A stretch of 64,000 bases of DNA, taken from contig CAWJQQ010000006.1 in the NCBI GenBank assembly GCA_963845065.1, positions 64,001 to 128,000 of the forward strand, written 5' to 3'. Below, piece after piece: positions 21,097-31,320 of this stretch. Under the pieces are notes generated by a model, which saw nothing but the letters and a program-made list of their open reading frames with translations, did not search any database and was not told the origin of the DNA. The stretch is from Nitrospirota bacterium (GTDB lineage: Bacteria; Nitrospirota; UBA9217). The position numbers were made by a program, and so were the translations under genes. Each line of letters begins with the position of its first letter. The stretch's first letter is position 1.

Positions 21097-22125
21097 TCAC
21101 GATGCGGAGATATGAATGGTAAAAACTGAACCTTTGCCCGGGATGGTCTGGACCCCTATTTCCCCTCCGCAGGCATCAACTAGTTCTTTCACGATGGTGA
21201 GGCCCATGCCTATGCCGGTGCCCGTTCCTCGGAAAAACCGTTCGTAGATATGGGAAAGATGCTTTGTCCTGATTCCGGATCCTGTGTCCGCAACAGAGAA
21301 AACGACTTCATCGCCTTTCCGGGCGACGCTCACGAACACGCTTCCTGTATTCTTCACTGCCTTGACAGCATTGTCCATGAGGTTTTCCATGATTTGTCTG
21401 AGACACTCCGGATCAGCATATATGGTAAGGCCCTGTGCGCATTCCAAAGTGAACGTCACATCCCTACCTTGCGCTGTGGTACGCGTCTTCTCCATCACGT
21501 CTTTGAGCAATGGCTCCAGTGCGACGAATTCCCTCTGGAGCGAGCTAGCAAGCGCCTGGGCCTGCGACAACTTCTCCATCCCATCGATGATTTTCTTGAG
21601 CCTGTCCGTTTCTCCAAGTAGAGACTGCATATGCTCTTTCTCCATGGGGTCTTCATCTTCCAACATGTCTTCCAGTTCTTCCTCTAGCGCGTCAACGGAT
21701 GTTCTTAGTTCACCAGCAGCGTCCGTAACAATTTGGACAGACATATACCGCTGCGCTTCAAGAGCGTTCATCGATTCAGGATTTTCAGTTCTATTGCTGG
21801 TTTCATCCTCATTTGCCATCAACGCACTCATTCTTGAGCCCTTCCTTTGAGAGTGTGTCTGAACCGAAGATGGCCTTGAGACAGGCCTGCTCAAAGTCCG
21901 GACAACAAAAATGAGCAGGGTTAGTGCAAGTCCTCCGAGCAGGACGAAAGCGATTATGATGAGGATGCTCGACCGGCCATTGAAAAAAGTTTCCTGTCCC
22001 GACTGTCCGAATTTCTGAATCGTCATTGCGCTCAGAAAAAGCATCAGTGACAGCGCGATGAGTGCACTACCTGTAAACAGGATAATATTTCTAAGCCGGG
22101 AGTTAGCTAGCGTCATGCTTTTCAT
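21097..22125 (-). CDS. Orphan membrane sensor histidine kinase-like protein with degenerate H-box
   Basis: Two TM segments; N/G1/F/G2 boxes NLMDNAVK, DTGSGI, ERFFR, GIGMGLTIVK; H-box reads DAAGELRTS. Confidence 0.8.
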   Translation of the reverse strand: MKSMTLANSRLRNIILFTGSALIALSLMLFLSAMTIQKFGQSGQETFFNGRSSILIIIAFVLLGGLALTLLIFVVRTLSRPVSRPSSVQTHSQRKGSRMSALMANEDETSNRTENPESMNALEAQRYMSVQIVTDAAGELRTSVDALEEELEDMLEDEDPMEKEHMQSLLGETDRLKKIIDGMEKLSQAQALASSLQREFVALEPLLKDVMEKTRTTAQGRDVTFTLECAQGLTIYADPECLRQIMENLMDNAVKAVKNTGSVFVSVARKGDEVVFSVADTGSGIRTKHLSHIYERFFRGTGTGIGMGLTIVKELVDACGGEIGVQTIPGKGSVFTIHISAS

Positions 22126-22360
22126 AAATTTGGATGGCTTTCATAGAACTGCAACATCAAGAATTGAATATGTCAAAAACTTCATGACATCTCTAGTGAT
22201 TTATGTCACCAAGCGACGGCTTCTAGCTGGGGAAAAATCGCTTTAATTATAGCTATAGGCACAACCCTATGCTGATCCATTTTGACAGATGCCAAATAAA
22301 TCATTCGAAAATAGATTTTGCGTAAAATTATTGATGAACTTATTTTCTGTGTTGTTACTA

Positions 22361-24162
22361 CCTGAATCTTGCATCAAAACGTAGTTCCCCCGACTCGTCG
22401 GGTTTGTTTTGATTCCCGCATCTTCCGCTTACCCTTCGACAGCTTTCATTTCATCTTAACTGCCGCATTCCTCATCGCATAAGGCAGAAAAGCACAATTC
22501 CAAGCTTCTCAGCCTATATTGTGCAAGAAATTTCTTGCACAATTGCATCATGAAGAATTTTCAGCGGGTTGCAGCCTCATAACCTCCATGTGCCGGCATT
22601 GCCACTGACCGCCATCAAGCCACGGGCGCACCTGATTGCGTAGCTGATCAAGATGCTCCATGAAGCTAAAGAGTCCTGCTACCCTGTTGTCGTGTTCGGA
22701 GTACCGCGCCTTCGTCGTATTGCCGCTCATGACCAGCTTTGTCGCGATCATGAGCAGCTTCAACCGAGCGATTTTGATGGTGTTGTCCTGAATGCCGCTC
22801 AAGGCGGTGACTGCCGCGTTATCTTGAGTGCGTTTCTGCTTCTCGCTGAATTCTGCGAGCATCTTGAACGATCTCCAACTGTTGTAGGCCAAAAGAACGA
22901 TCTGAAAATATGCGTAGTTGTTCATGAACCGACGCGTGGGAATAGCCGACAGTCCCTCTCGCTTTACTTCGCCGATCTGGTTCTCGCAATCTGCCCGCTT
23001 GTCATACTCGCTGATAGCCTGATGAGACTTGCCTGGATGATTGGTGACAAATTGCCGATACGTAAAACCACCGTCTTCCAAAAGCTCAAGCTGCGTGTCT
23101 CCCTTGCCTGATTTCTTTCCCGGAATACGCATTGAGACGAAACGGCGTTCTCCCGGCCATCCCGTCGGTTTATACCAGCACTCATTGTATTCTACGCTAT
23201 CGATTTTGTGCACCTTGTACCACATCTTGGAATCAAAGGGCGGCTTGCATCCTTTATTGCCGAAGATGTACATGTGCCTTTCGTCTTCCGCAGCTTTAAC
23301 CGCATCCCAACTGATGAACTCGCCGTCACCTCGAAGAATCACCTTTTTGACACAAGCAGGAAGGTATTTCTTGATGCTCTTGATCACCTCCGCGACTTCT
23401 TTGCCAGAGATGGTCGCGCCCTTGCGAAGCTTTCCGACAAGATACTCTCGCGTCTCCTCAATGAAACCCAGGACAGGACGAAATCCCTTTTTTCCCCGGT
23501 ACCGGGTATTGTGTCCCTTGCGGCCGCCTTCCTGATCGCCAAAGATGGTCTCAACTGTCGTATCAAGATTAACATGGATGACGCTGTAGCTGATCTCGCA
23601 CAATTTCCAGACCCGTTCTCGTAGCGCCGCCATCACCAAAAGCAGCGACTTCCCTTGATTGATGCCCAAGGACGCAACGTATCGCCAGTAAGTCGTCACG
23701 TGCGGCAACTTGGACACGCCGAACAGGGCGCACACCATTGGATCCGTTTGTATGTATTGAAAATGCCACAGCCGCGTGAATCCAATGAAAAGCAACACCA
23801 GAATCCCATACACTGCTTTATAATGTCCCTGGTCCGGCGTGCGGCCTGGTGGCTGATAAAATCCCTCGAAAACCTCCTGGAACTTTACCGCGTCCATGAA
23901 CTTCTCTAACGCCAGCAGTCCGCCGAAGGGTGAAAGCCGTTCACTGCAATACTCGTAGCGCGTATTAGGGCTGATTTTAGCGGGTTCCGAATGGCCTTCA
24001 TTTTGACCTTGATTCATGCCGTTTTTCGCGCTATGCTTCTTTTGTCGTTTAACCATATGGGTTACCTCCTGATATCATGGGTTGTTCGCGAGATAACCGC
24101 ATTATATCAGTGTAACCTGTATGGTTTTATCTTTTTCACTCCATCAGCGTGCAGGATTCAGG
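22361..24162 (-). mobile_element. IS1380-family insertion sequence (1802 bp)
   Basis: Terminal IRs CCTGAATCTTGCA / TGCAGGATTCAGG; 5-bp direct repeat TACTA at 22356-22360 and 24163-24167. Confidence 0.92.
22548..24056 (-). CDS. IS1380-family DDE transposase
   Basis: LSPFGGL, NLDTTV..GDQEG, LRGDGEF, YDKRADCENQIGEVK. Confidence 0.9.
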   Translation of the reverse strand: MVKRQKKHSAKNGMNQGQNEGHSEPAKISPNTRYEYCSERLSPFGGLLALEKFMDAVKFQEVFEGFYQPPGRTPDQGHYKAVYGILVLLFIGFTRLWHFQYIQTDPMVCALFGVSKLPHVTTYWRYVASLGINQGKSLLLVMAALRERVWKLCEISYSVIHVNLDTTVETIFGDQEGGRKGHNTRYRGKKGFRPVLGFIEETREYLVGKLRKGATISGKEVAEVIKSIKKYLPACVKKVILRGDGEFISWDAVKAAEDERHMYIFGNKGCKPPFDSKMWYKVHKIDSVEYNECWYKPTGWPGERRFVSMRIPGKKSGKGDTQLELLEDGGFTYRQFVTNHPGKSHQAISEYDKRADCENQIGEVKREGLSAIPTRRFMNNYAYFQIVLLAYNSWRSFKMLAEFSEKQKRTQDNAAVTALSGIQDNTIKIARLKLLMIATKLVMSGNTTKARYSEHDNRVAGLFSFMEHLDQLRNQVRPWLDGGQWQCRHMEVMRLQPAENSS

Positions 24163-24314
24163 TACTATATCAGAAAATATTCTATATTGTATATGCAATT
24201 CTAAAAATATATCAATTTTCAATGGAGTGCTGATTCACTATCACACATTAGCCGCATACCAAAGGTTTTCTGAATATCACTCATGCTAACTAGGCCCAGC
24301 GAATTAAATAGATA

Positions 24315-25460
24315 TTAAAGGCGTTGTCCTTGGTCGTGTGTTAGGCAACCTGCTATCGTCCACAGGCGCTGCACTCCTGTCTCTTTACCTACTTTATACC
24401 GCCTCCCTTCATCAACTAAATGTTCGAAACGTACAACATCTCCGCGCTGCAGGCTGCCGAAGGGCTTGTTCCGTGCGACCAAATCTTTATCAAGTCTTGT
24501 AATGAGCCGTCGTCCCGCCTCGCCGCAGATATAGAACTCTCTCTTCCCTTTCGAGACCAGGGGTTCGCTTACGACGCGAAACGCATTTACACCGTACATT
24601 CCGGCAAGAGATTGGCTATCTTTCCGCATTATGAGATAGGAAAATTTAAGAGAGTCTTTCCGAAGCCCGGTCAGATTGTCCAGTTCCTGAATCGTGTCAG
24701 TCGGGTCCCAAGCCATGTCTTCATGACACCAGTCTTTGGGGTTCGCAAGAGCGGCGCATTGCGCATGACAAAGGCAGGGAGAGTAGATCTGAAAACCCTG
24801 CTTTAGCAGCCCCTCCCTGACCGCGAGAAGTTCCCGCGACGTTTCGCGCAAAGCCGGTTCAATGATTATGCAGCTTCCATCATCAGCAAGAAACCGGTTT
24901 AGATACTGCGTCACTAGGTTAGTCCGCTTAACGATCCGGTCAGCATCATGGATGAACATTTCATTTAGCACATTTGAGAAGATGATCAGATTGAAGATAG
25001 TCTCCTGAAGATATTGTATTTGTTCGATATCCGATCGGACGGTCTTTAAGGATACATCGAGATTGCTCATACTCTTGAATGTAGTAAAGAGTTCTTCGGC
25101 CATCTTCAAGTTTTCGGCAACGTGGTCAACGGCCGTCAAAGCGAGATGGGGACGTTTCTTTCTTGCTGCAAAAAACTCCATCACGCCGAGCATCGCCGTT
25201 CCCGGGCCGCATCCAAGGTCGAGGACCCGGAGTGTCTCGTTCCCGAATCGGTTCTCAGGATGGAGAGCAATCTCCGCCAAGGGCGCTTGAATTTTCCGTC
25301 GGTTCAGGGGCAGATAGTAAGCCACGTATGCCTCCCTGAGGCCTTTGTCTTTCAAATATGCCGCAGGCAGACGACCGCGTTCACGCGTCAGGAGTTCCGA
25401 CAGACGAGTGACGTTGGCAGCCAGGGTTTTCAATTGGGCATGAGATAGTGGAAGTTTCAT
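24315..25460 (-). CDS. Rsm22/METTL17-family SAM methyltransferase-like protein
   Basis: AYVAYYLP, VLDLGCGPGT, IIEPA, SPC..C..DWCH, KFSYL, RVVS..KGK..C. Confidence 0.8.
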   Translation of the reverse strand: MKLPLSHAQLKTLAANVTRLSELLTRERGRLPAAYLKDKGLREAYVAYYLPLNRRKIQAPLAEIALHPENRFGNETLRVLDLGCGPGTAMLGVMEFFAARKKRPHLALTAVDHVAENLKMAEELFTTFKSMSNLDVSLKTVRSDIEQIQYLQETIFNLIIFSNVLNEMFIHDADRIVKRTNLVTQYLNRFLADDGSCIIIEPALRETSRELLAVREGLLKQGFQIYSPCLCHAQCAALANPKDWCHEDMAWDPTDTIQELDNLTGLRKDSLKFSYLIMRKDSQSLAGMYGVNAFRVVSEPLVSKGKREFYICGEAGRRLITRLDKDLVARNKPFGSLQRGDVVRFEHLVDEGRRYKVGKETGVQRLWTIAGCLTHDQGQRL

Positions 25461-25795
25461 TGTTGCAGTTATACCATTTTTCGAGGAATAATGTAAGTTC
25501 TGGTGAAAGAGTTCAGTAAGGACGGAACAATCGAAATTATTAACAATTCTTGTCGATTGCCTTTGATAAATTGGTTAACTTTTTTATTCAATGGGGCACT
25601 GATAAAATTGCACGGCGTGATCAAATGTTTTTTTGTAAGATTTTTAGCTTAGGGTTGTAAGATGTGTTGACTTTTTATCCTTAAACCGACAGCGCTAATT
25701 GAGGGATTTCTCCGGATCACTCGTACTCAAGAGTTGATACCCTGAATAGACCAACAGTTTCCTCCCATTCATAGTGACAAATCAAAGATCAATCG

Positions 25796-25824
25796 TTGAC
25801 AAGTTAAAATCGCTGTGAGATAGT
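25796..25824 (+). promoter_or_regulatory. Putative sigma70 promoter upstream of a structured leader and the AsmA-like gene
   Basis: TTGACA (25796-25801), 17-nt spacer, GATAGT preceded by TG. Confidence 0.45.
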
Positions 25825-26128
25825 AGCTCAGCGATCGTTCACCCCGTTAGGAGGGGCTCGAATTAAATCGAAACAGGAGGCCCGACATAAATCGGAATGC
25901 CTGTCTGAATTCACCGGAATAGACAACCAGCGTAGTCGTTGGCTTGCATAATCACATATAAGATGCATTGTCAGTGGTTTAGTGCTGTAATTATAACAAT
26001 ATGGCTTCCATGAAGATTTTTTATATATTTGAACGTGCTTCACATACGACATTCAGTATGGCTTTTGTTTTCTCCCCATATTCCCTCAGGGAAATCAGCG
26101 CCTATAATCAAAAGAGAGGCTGTCACCT

Positions 26129-29100
26129 ATGAATCTGCGAAAAAAAATAGTGCTCTCATTGACGGTCATTCTCTGTGTCCCGCTTGCCCTTCTTGTAGTC
26201 GCGATGTTACTGACGCCAAGCTACTTAAATTCAAAATCAATAAAAACAAGGATCGAAACCGCAATTTCAAGGCACCTGGGTGGGACCGTACAATATCAGC
26301 GGCTGGATATCTTGATCTATCCGCGACCCCATATTGTATTTCGTGGAGCGAATCTCTTAATTCCCAAGACAGTTAAAGGAGCCGTGAAGCTCATCAGTAT
26401 TTACCCGCAGATATTACCTCTCATAAAAGGAAAACTTTTTGTTTCTAGGATCCGGATCCAAGAACCGGACTTTACGATTGCACTTCCGGAGACCGTCAGT
26501 GAAGTCAGGCCAGAGTCGCTCTCTCTTCCTGAAGTAAAGAAGAACATCAGGCTCTTGCTTAGCTATTTCCAAGCGATCGGACCGGGCCTTGACGTAGACA
26601 TGGACAAGGGCACGCTTATCCTCAGGAGGAAAGGACACCTTTTTCTTTTCTTGCGAGATGCAGCTGTACGATTTAATGCACCGCCCGGGGCCATGGATAT
26701 ATTGCTAAAAGCCAATACGGAATCATGGGGTACTTTCTCGCTGAAAGGAAGATATTTTTTTGATGAAGAAAAAACAGAAGTCAAGGACCTTTCCGTTTCA
26801 ATGGGCAGCTCCTCAATATCCGATTTTTCCGCCAGTCTTACATGGACAGACAACCCCTATCTTGATATTGCCTCAGGCAGGGCCACGTTCGCACTTGACG
26901 AGATGTATCAATGGTTGTCGTCGGCTGGCACCCTGACCACATATCTCGAAAACATAAAATCAATATCTGGGGCGCTCATCATATCATCAGTACATGCCCG
27001 TGTCCCCCTTTATCAGCTGTCTGCATCACATACTACAGTAACCGGCGAGGCAAATAATGTCGTTGTGGATGCGGCCATCCTTCCTGCTCCGCTGTCTGTG
27101 ACAAGCAGGTTCGTTATTAATGAAAATAGAATTTCCGTGGCCGATCTGCAGTCCCGCATGGGTAAATCCTCCATTTCACACGTCGCTGCGTTTCTCGCAG
27201 AGAGAAAAAAACCATTTATAAGGGTCCTCAAGGGGACGGCAGTAATGAATCTCACTGAAATTTTTCAATGGCTCAGGAGGTATAAGACTTTACAGGACAG
27301 CCTAAAAGACGTGAAAACCCTTACCGGCATCGTCAACCTATCGTCCATGAATTTCGGAGGGCCGCTTTTCAGGCCCGCTCTTTGGAATAGAGCCATTGCC
27401 GGAAGCATTGAACAGATTAAGATCGATTCGCGGCTTCTGCCCGGGCCACTTACTGCACCACGAGGAAACTTCAGCCTTGAATCGAATAAAATTCTGCTTG
27501 ACGACGTACGAGCTGCGATCCTCGACACGAAAGTCACAGGCTCCGGCGCGATAAGCGGTGATCGCAGAGAGATGCACGAGATCGATCTTAGGTTTACGGG
27601 AACAGCAGGCACGGAAAGCATTGCGTGGGCATTTGTCAGGTTCGCGCTGCCGAAGGAATTTATAATCAACGCCCCTCTGGCTTTTACGAATTCTCATCTA
27701 ACTTGGCAGGAGAAGGCGGGCATGTCATTCGCGGGAGAAGTTACTGTGGCCAACGGACCTGCACTTTCAATTGACCTTTCGCAAAGCGGGACGAGACTGG
27801 TACTTAATAGAGCGACGATCAAGGACCAGGGCACGAACGTGAACGTTTCCGCTCGACAAAACGGGACAACGACGGATCTGTCTTTCTCCGGCAAGTTGGC
27901 GCAGAACACCTTGAACAGGATCTTCAAACGGAGGATTTTCGGCAAGGGGAACATCCAGGGGGACCTGCACACGACTATTCACATGGACCGCATTGTGGAT
28001 TCTACACTGCAGGGACAACTGCGCGGTAACGATATCGTCGTTCCCTGGGGTCTTGATGTCCCGCTAACGATTGATAGATTTTCTGTCCACGCCGATAATA
28101 AGATCATTACCATCGATTCGGCTGCACTAACCTGGGGGAACAGCCATTTCGGAATAAACGGCAATGTGGTATCTTCGGGCGCGGGTATCGTCTTTGATAT
28201 GAATCTCAATGCGGACAATATGGCGGTGAGTGCGATTCAGCAGGCCCTGTCCGGCTTAAGCAAGGAATCAACGGACAAAAAACCTACTCCCACTCGTATG
28301 CCTCCCCTTCTCGGCACGGTCCGTGTCAACTCGTCATCCCTGCTGTTCGGCAGATACACTTTTAGTCCTGCACAGGCTGTCGTAACGTTAAGTCCTCACG
28401 AGGTGAGCATGGCCTTTACCGAGGCAAAGACCTGCGACATTTCCACCCTCGGGACGCTTGACTTTTTTGACTCTGAAATCAATTTTAATTTCAAGCCCGC
28501 AGCTTCAAAACAGCAATTGGAATCCACCCTCAACTGCCTAGCCGGCAGAGATGTCCGTGTAACTGGTACCTTTGACCTGAAGGCTAACATACGCTCTCAA
28601 GGAAAGAGTGGAACATTAGTCAAATCACTTGAGGGTAATGTCGACTTCACGTCTGATGAAGGTAGGATATATCACTACCCTATCCTCGCCAAAATCTTTT
28701 CAGTCTTGAGCGTTCTTGAAATATTCCGCGGTAAGCTTCCTGAACTGGGAGGTAATGGATTCCCCTATCATACGATTGCCATGACGGGAAAACTACATCA
28801 GGGGAAACTCGAACTGGAGAAAGCGTTCATCGGCGGCAAATCTCTCGACATTATTGCCCAGGGCGAGGTTGATCTGGTTGCGCAGAAGGTGGATCTCGTG
28901 GTCCTCGTTGCGCCGTTCTCGACCCTCAACTGGATCATTAGGCACATCCCGCTCGTGAGCTCAATTATGGGCGGAACGTTGATCTCTGTCCCAGTCAAGG
29001 TATCAGGCGACGCATCGAATCCCGAGGTTACCTTCCTAGCTCCTTCGGCAGTCGGCACTCGATTCTTGAATCTTCTCGAAAATATTCTAGAACTACCCGT

Positions 29101-29149
29101 CAAGATTATCTCGCCGATCCTGCCTAAGGAGCCAGAAAAACAAGAATAA
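26129..29149 (+). CDS. AsmA-like/YhdP-type periplasmic beta-taco protein
   Basis: N-terminal TM anchor, long beta-strand-rich body, AsmA-like C-terminus (GEVDL..VDLVVLVAPF..IPLVSSIMGG..VKVSG..PEV). Confidence 0.75.
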   Translation: MNLRKKIVLSLTVILCVPLALLVVAMLLTPSYLNSKSIKTRIETAISRHLGGTVQYQRLDILIYPRPHIVFRGANLLIPKTVKGAVKLISIYPQILPLIKGKLFVSRIRIQEPDFTIALPETVSEVRPESLSLPEVKKNIRLLLSYFQAIGPGLDVDMDKGTLILRRKGHLFLFLRDAAVRFNAPPGAMDILLKANTESWGTFSLKGRYFFDEEKTEVKDLSVSMGSSSISDFSASLTWTDNPYLDIASGRATFALDEMYQWLSSAGTLTTYLENIKSISGALIISSVHARVPLYQLSASHTTVTGEANNVVVDAAILPAPLSVTSRFVINENRISVADLQSRMGKSSISHVAAFLAERKKPFIRVLKGTAVMNLTEIFQWLRRYKTLQDSLKDVKTLTGIVNLSSMNFGGPLFRPALWNRAIAGSIEQIKIDSRLLPGPLTAPRGNFSLESNKILLDDVRAAILDTKVTGSGAISGDRREMHEIDLRFTGTAGTESIAWAFVRFALPKEFIINAPLAFTNSHLTWQEKAGMSFAGEVTVANGPALSIDLSQSGTRLVLNRATIKDQGTNVNVSARQNGTTTDLSFSGKLAQNTLNRIFKRRIFGKGNIQGDLHTTIHMDRIVDSTLQGQLRGNDIVVPWGLDVPLTIDRFSVHADNKIITIDSAALTWGNSHFGINGNVVSSGAGIVFDMNLNADNMAVSAIQQALSGLSKESTDKKPTPTRMPPLLGTVRVNSSSLLFGRYTFSPAQAVVTLSPHEVSMAFTEAKTCDISTLGTLDFFDSEINFNFKPAASKQQLESTLNCLAGRDVRVTGTFDLKANIRSQGKSGTLVKSLEGNVDFTSDEGRIYHYPILAKIFSVLSVLEIFRGKLPELGGNGFPYHTIAMTGKLHQGKLELEKAFIGGKSLDIIAQGEVDLVAQKVDLVVLVAPFSTLNWIIRHIPLVSSIMGGTLISVPVKVSGDASNPEVTFLAPSAVGTRFLNLLENILELPVKIISPILPKEPEKQE

Positions 29150-29391
29150 TGATTACGTATGCTAGCTTAACGCAATCATCCCGACGTAAGAAATTGGAGT
29201 TCTTTGGTTTGCTTGACAAAACTTTTCATGATAAAGGGAGAGCGATATAGGGGAATGGAGAAGATATATTGTAAGAGGTCGGTTTCCCATTTATATTTCT
29301 CTTCCCGCCTTCCCCTTCCTGGTTGTGTGCATTGATCAACCGGGAGCTCTCTTTGGTACAATCATGCTCGGCGAACGCCATAATTAGGTGT

Positions 29392-31152
29392 TCATTCGAA
29401 CTCCGGCATCCTCAAGACTTCAGAACGTGATGAGAGTCCGAGCGATTCCAGGGTTTTGATGAATGGCTGTAGGTTCTCCAACGTCAGCGCAAGGGCACTG
29501 ACGCCATCTCCTGCTCCTGCAACCTGTGTGAGTTCCGAAACAAGTTTAAATAGCGTTTTCTTTTCGGGATAGACCTTCAGCCGGATCGGGGCGTTGTCGT
29601 GGAGTTTGGCAGCTTTGCGCACGAGCCGCAGTGCTGTAGTAAATCCCCCCAACTCGTCCACGAGACCCAGCCTCTTCCCGTCCTCTCCGGTCCAGATCCT
29701 CCCTCTCGCCATCCTCTCCACTGCTTCAATCGGAAGGTTCCTGCCTTGGCAGACCTTGGAGGTGAAATCCGCGTACACGCGGTCGAGCCATGCCTCCATG
29801 CGCGCCCACTGCGCGGGGGTCAGGTCCTTTGCCTGAGTCCAAGCATCGGCGTTTTTGCTTGTGTGCACTTCATCCCAGGTCACACCAAGCTTGTTCCAAA
29901 ATCCGGTAGTCACCATTTTCCCGCCGAACACTCCTATGGAGCCAGTTATCGTCGCGGGCTGGGCCACGATTTTGTCCGCAGCCATGGCCACGAAATAACC
30001 ACCCGAGCCCGCAACGCTACCCATGGATGCGACGACTGGTTTGCCTGCCTTTTTGGCCTTGACAATCTCGCGCCAGATCGTGTCCGACGCAACGTAGGAA
30101 CCGCCGGGACTGTCAATCCGGAACAGAATGGCCTTAACGGTCGTGTCCGCTACAGCTTGCCGGATTGCGGCCGCTACCGTGTCAGAGCCCATTATGAGCT
30201 CGCCCGTAGCAGGATTGTATCCGCTCTTGCCGCGTTCGATGCCGCCTACTCCATAGATTAGTGCTATGGTCGTTCCCTTTTCGTTCGGACCTCCGGCACG
30301 CTTCCGATATTCGGCAAGAGAGAGAAACTCCGCTTTCACTCCCACCTTTTCCTTGATCTTGTCGTAGACCTCGTCCCGGTATTCGAGGGCATCAACAAGC
30401 TTCTCCTCGACCGCTTCCTGTCCTATAAACGGTCCTTTGTTGATTAGCACGCGGACCTCATCTTCAGTAAGTTTCCGTGATTCTGCGATTCCTTTGACAA
30501 TCTGGCTGAACTGGGAATCCATCACTCGCGTAATTTCTTCGCGGTGCGGTGCAATATACTTCCGCTCCGTGAACATGTAGGGGAAACTTTTGTATTCTTT
30601 GCGGCCGTCGAGACGAGGGACGATGCCGAGCTTGTCAAGCGTGCCCCGGACAAAGGGCTGTTCATAAATGAGCCCGGTCAGCCCTAGGTCACCCGAGGGC
30701 TGCAGGTAGATTGCGTCGAAAGCAGTCGCAAGATAGTACGAAGAGTTTCCAGGCCCGAACTCTCCAAAAGTCTCTGCATACGCAATTGTCGGTTTGCCCG
30801 ATGTGCGGAAAGCGATAACAGCGTCCCGAATTTCCTGCACCTGCGCCAGTTTTATGTTCGATTGGCCGACCCTAGCTACAAGTCCCTTGACCCGGTCGTC
30901 TGATGCCGCTTTCTGCAGTGCTTCCACAACATCACGAAGTGTGAGCTTCTTCGCCAGCAGTACACGGCCCAGGGAATCGTCTGGCACGAATTCTACCACG
31001 CCTTGCTCAAAGTCCGCTTCCAAGACAACGCGTTTCGGCACACGATTGGCAAATAACAAGTAAAACACCCCGATAGCGATGCCGGTAATAAAAAAAATAG
31101 AGAAGATTGCCGTGCAAACGCCCCTTCTGTGCCTTCGTTCATCGCGTAGCAT
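29392..31152 (-). CDS. sppA: Signal peptide peptidase SppA (long form)
   Basis: YYLATAFD, RIDSPGGS, VAGSGGYFVA, TITGSIGV, GRIWTG, GLVDELGG; SD AAGGAG before ATG 31152. Confidence 0.92.
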   Translation of the reverse strand: MLRDERRHRRGVCTAIFSIFFITGIAIGVFYLLFANRVPKRVVLEADFEQGVVEFVPDDSLGRVLLAKKLTLRDVVEALQKAASDDRVKGLVARVGQSNIKLAQVQEIRDAVIAFRTSGKPTIAYAETFGEFGPGNSSYYLATAFDAIYLQPSGDLGLTGLIYEQPFVRGTLDKLGIVPRLDGRKEYKSFPYMFTERKYIAPHREEITRVMDSQFSQIVKGIAESRKLTEDEVRVLINKGPFIGQEAVEEKLVDALEYRDEVYDKIKEKVGVKAEFLSLAEYRKRAGGPNEKGTTIALIYGVGGIERGKSGYNPATGELIMGSDTVAAAIRQAVADTTVKAILFRIDSPGGSYVASDTIWREIVKAKKAGKPVVASMGSVAGSGGYFVAMAADKIVAQPATITGSIGVFGGKMVTTGFWNKLGVTWDEVHTSKNADAWTQAKDLTPAQWARMEAWLDRVYADFTSKVCQGRNLPIEAVERMARGRIWTGEDGKRLGLVDELGGFTTALRLVRKAAKLHDNAPIRLKVYPEKKTLFKLVSELTQVAGAGDGVSALALTLENLQPFIKTLESLGLSSRSEVLRMPEFE

Positions 31153-31320
31153 AGATTGGCTCCTTTTCTTGTGAAGTGGCAAACCGAGCGTTGCCACAGC
31201 TTTCGTTAGTTCTTGTTGGTATATTCATCTAGTCGCTTTTTTCGGTTGAAGCACCTGACGATATCCTAAAAGATAGTACAAGAGTGTCTATATTACAAGT
31301 TCAAATGATGATGCTTTTGC

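Noticed and set aside
22164..22210. Crp/Fnr-like palindromes (GTGA-N6-TCAC; TTGA-N5-TCAA) upstream of the kinase
   Set aside because: Short, imperfect matches in AT-rich DNA; not distinguishable from chance.
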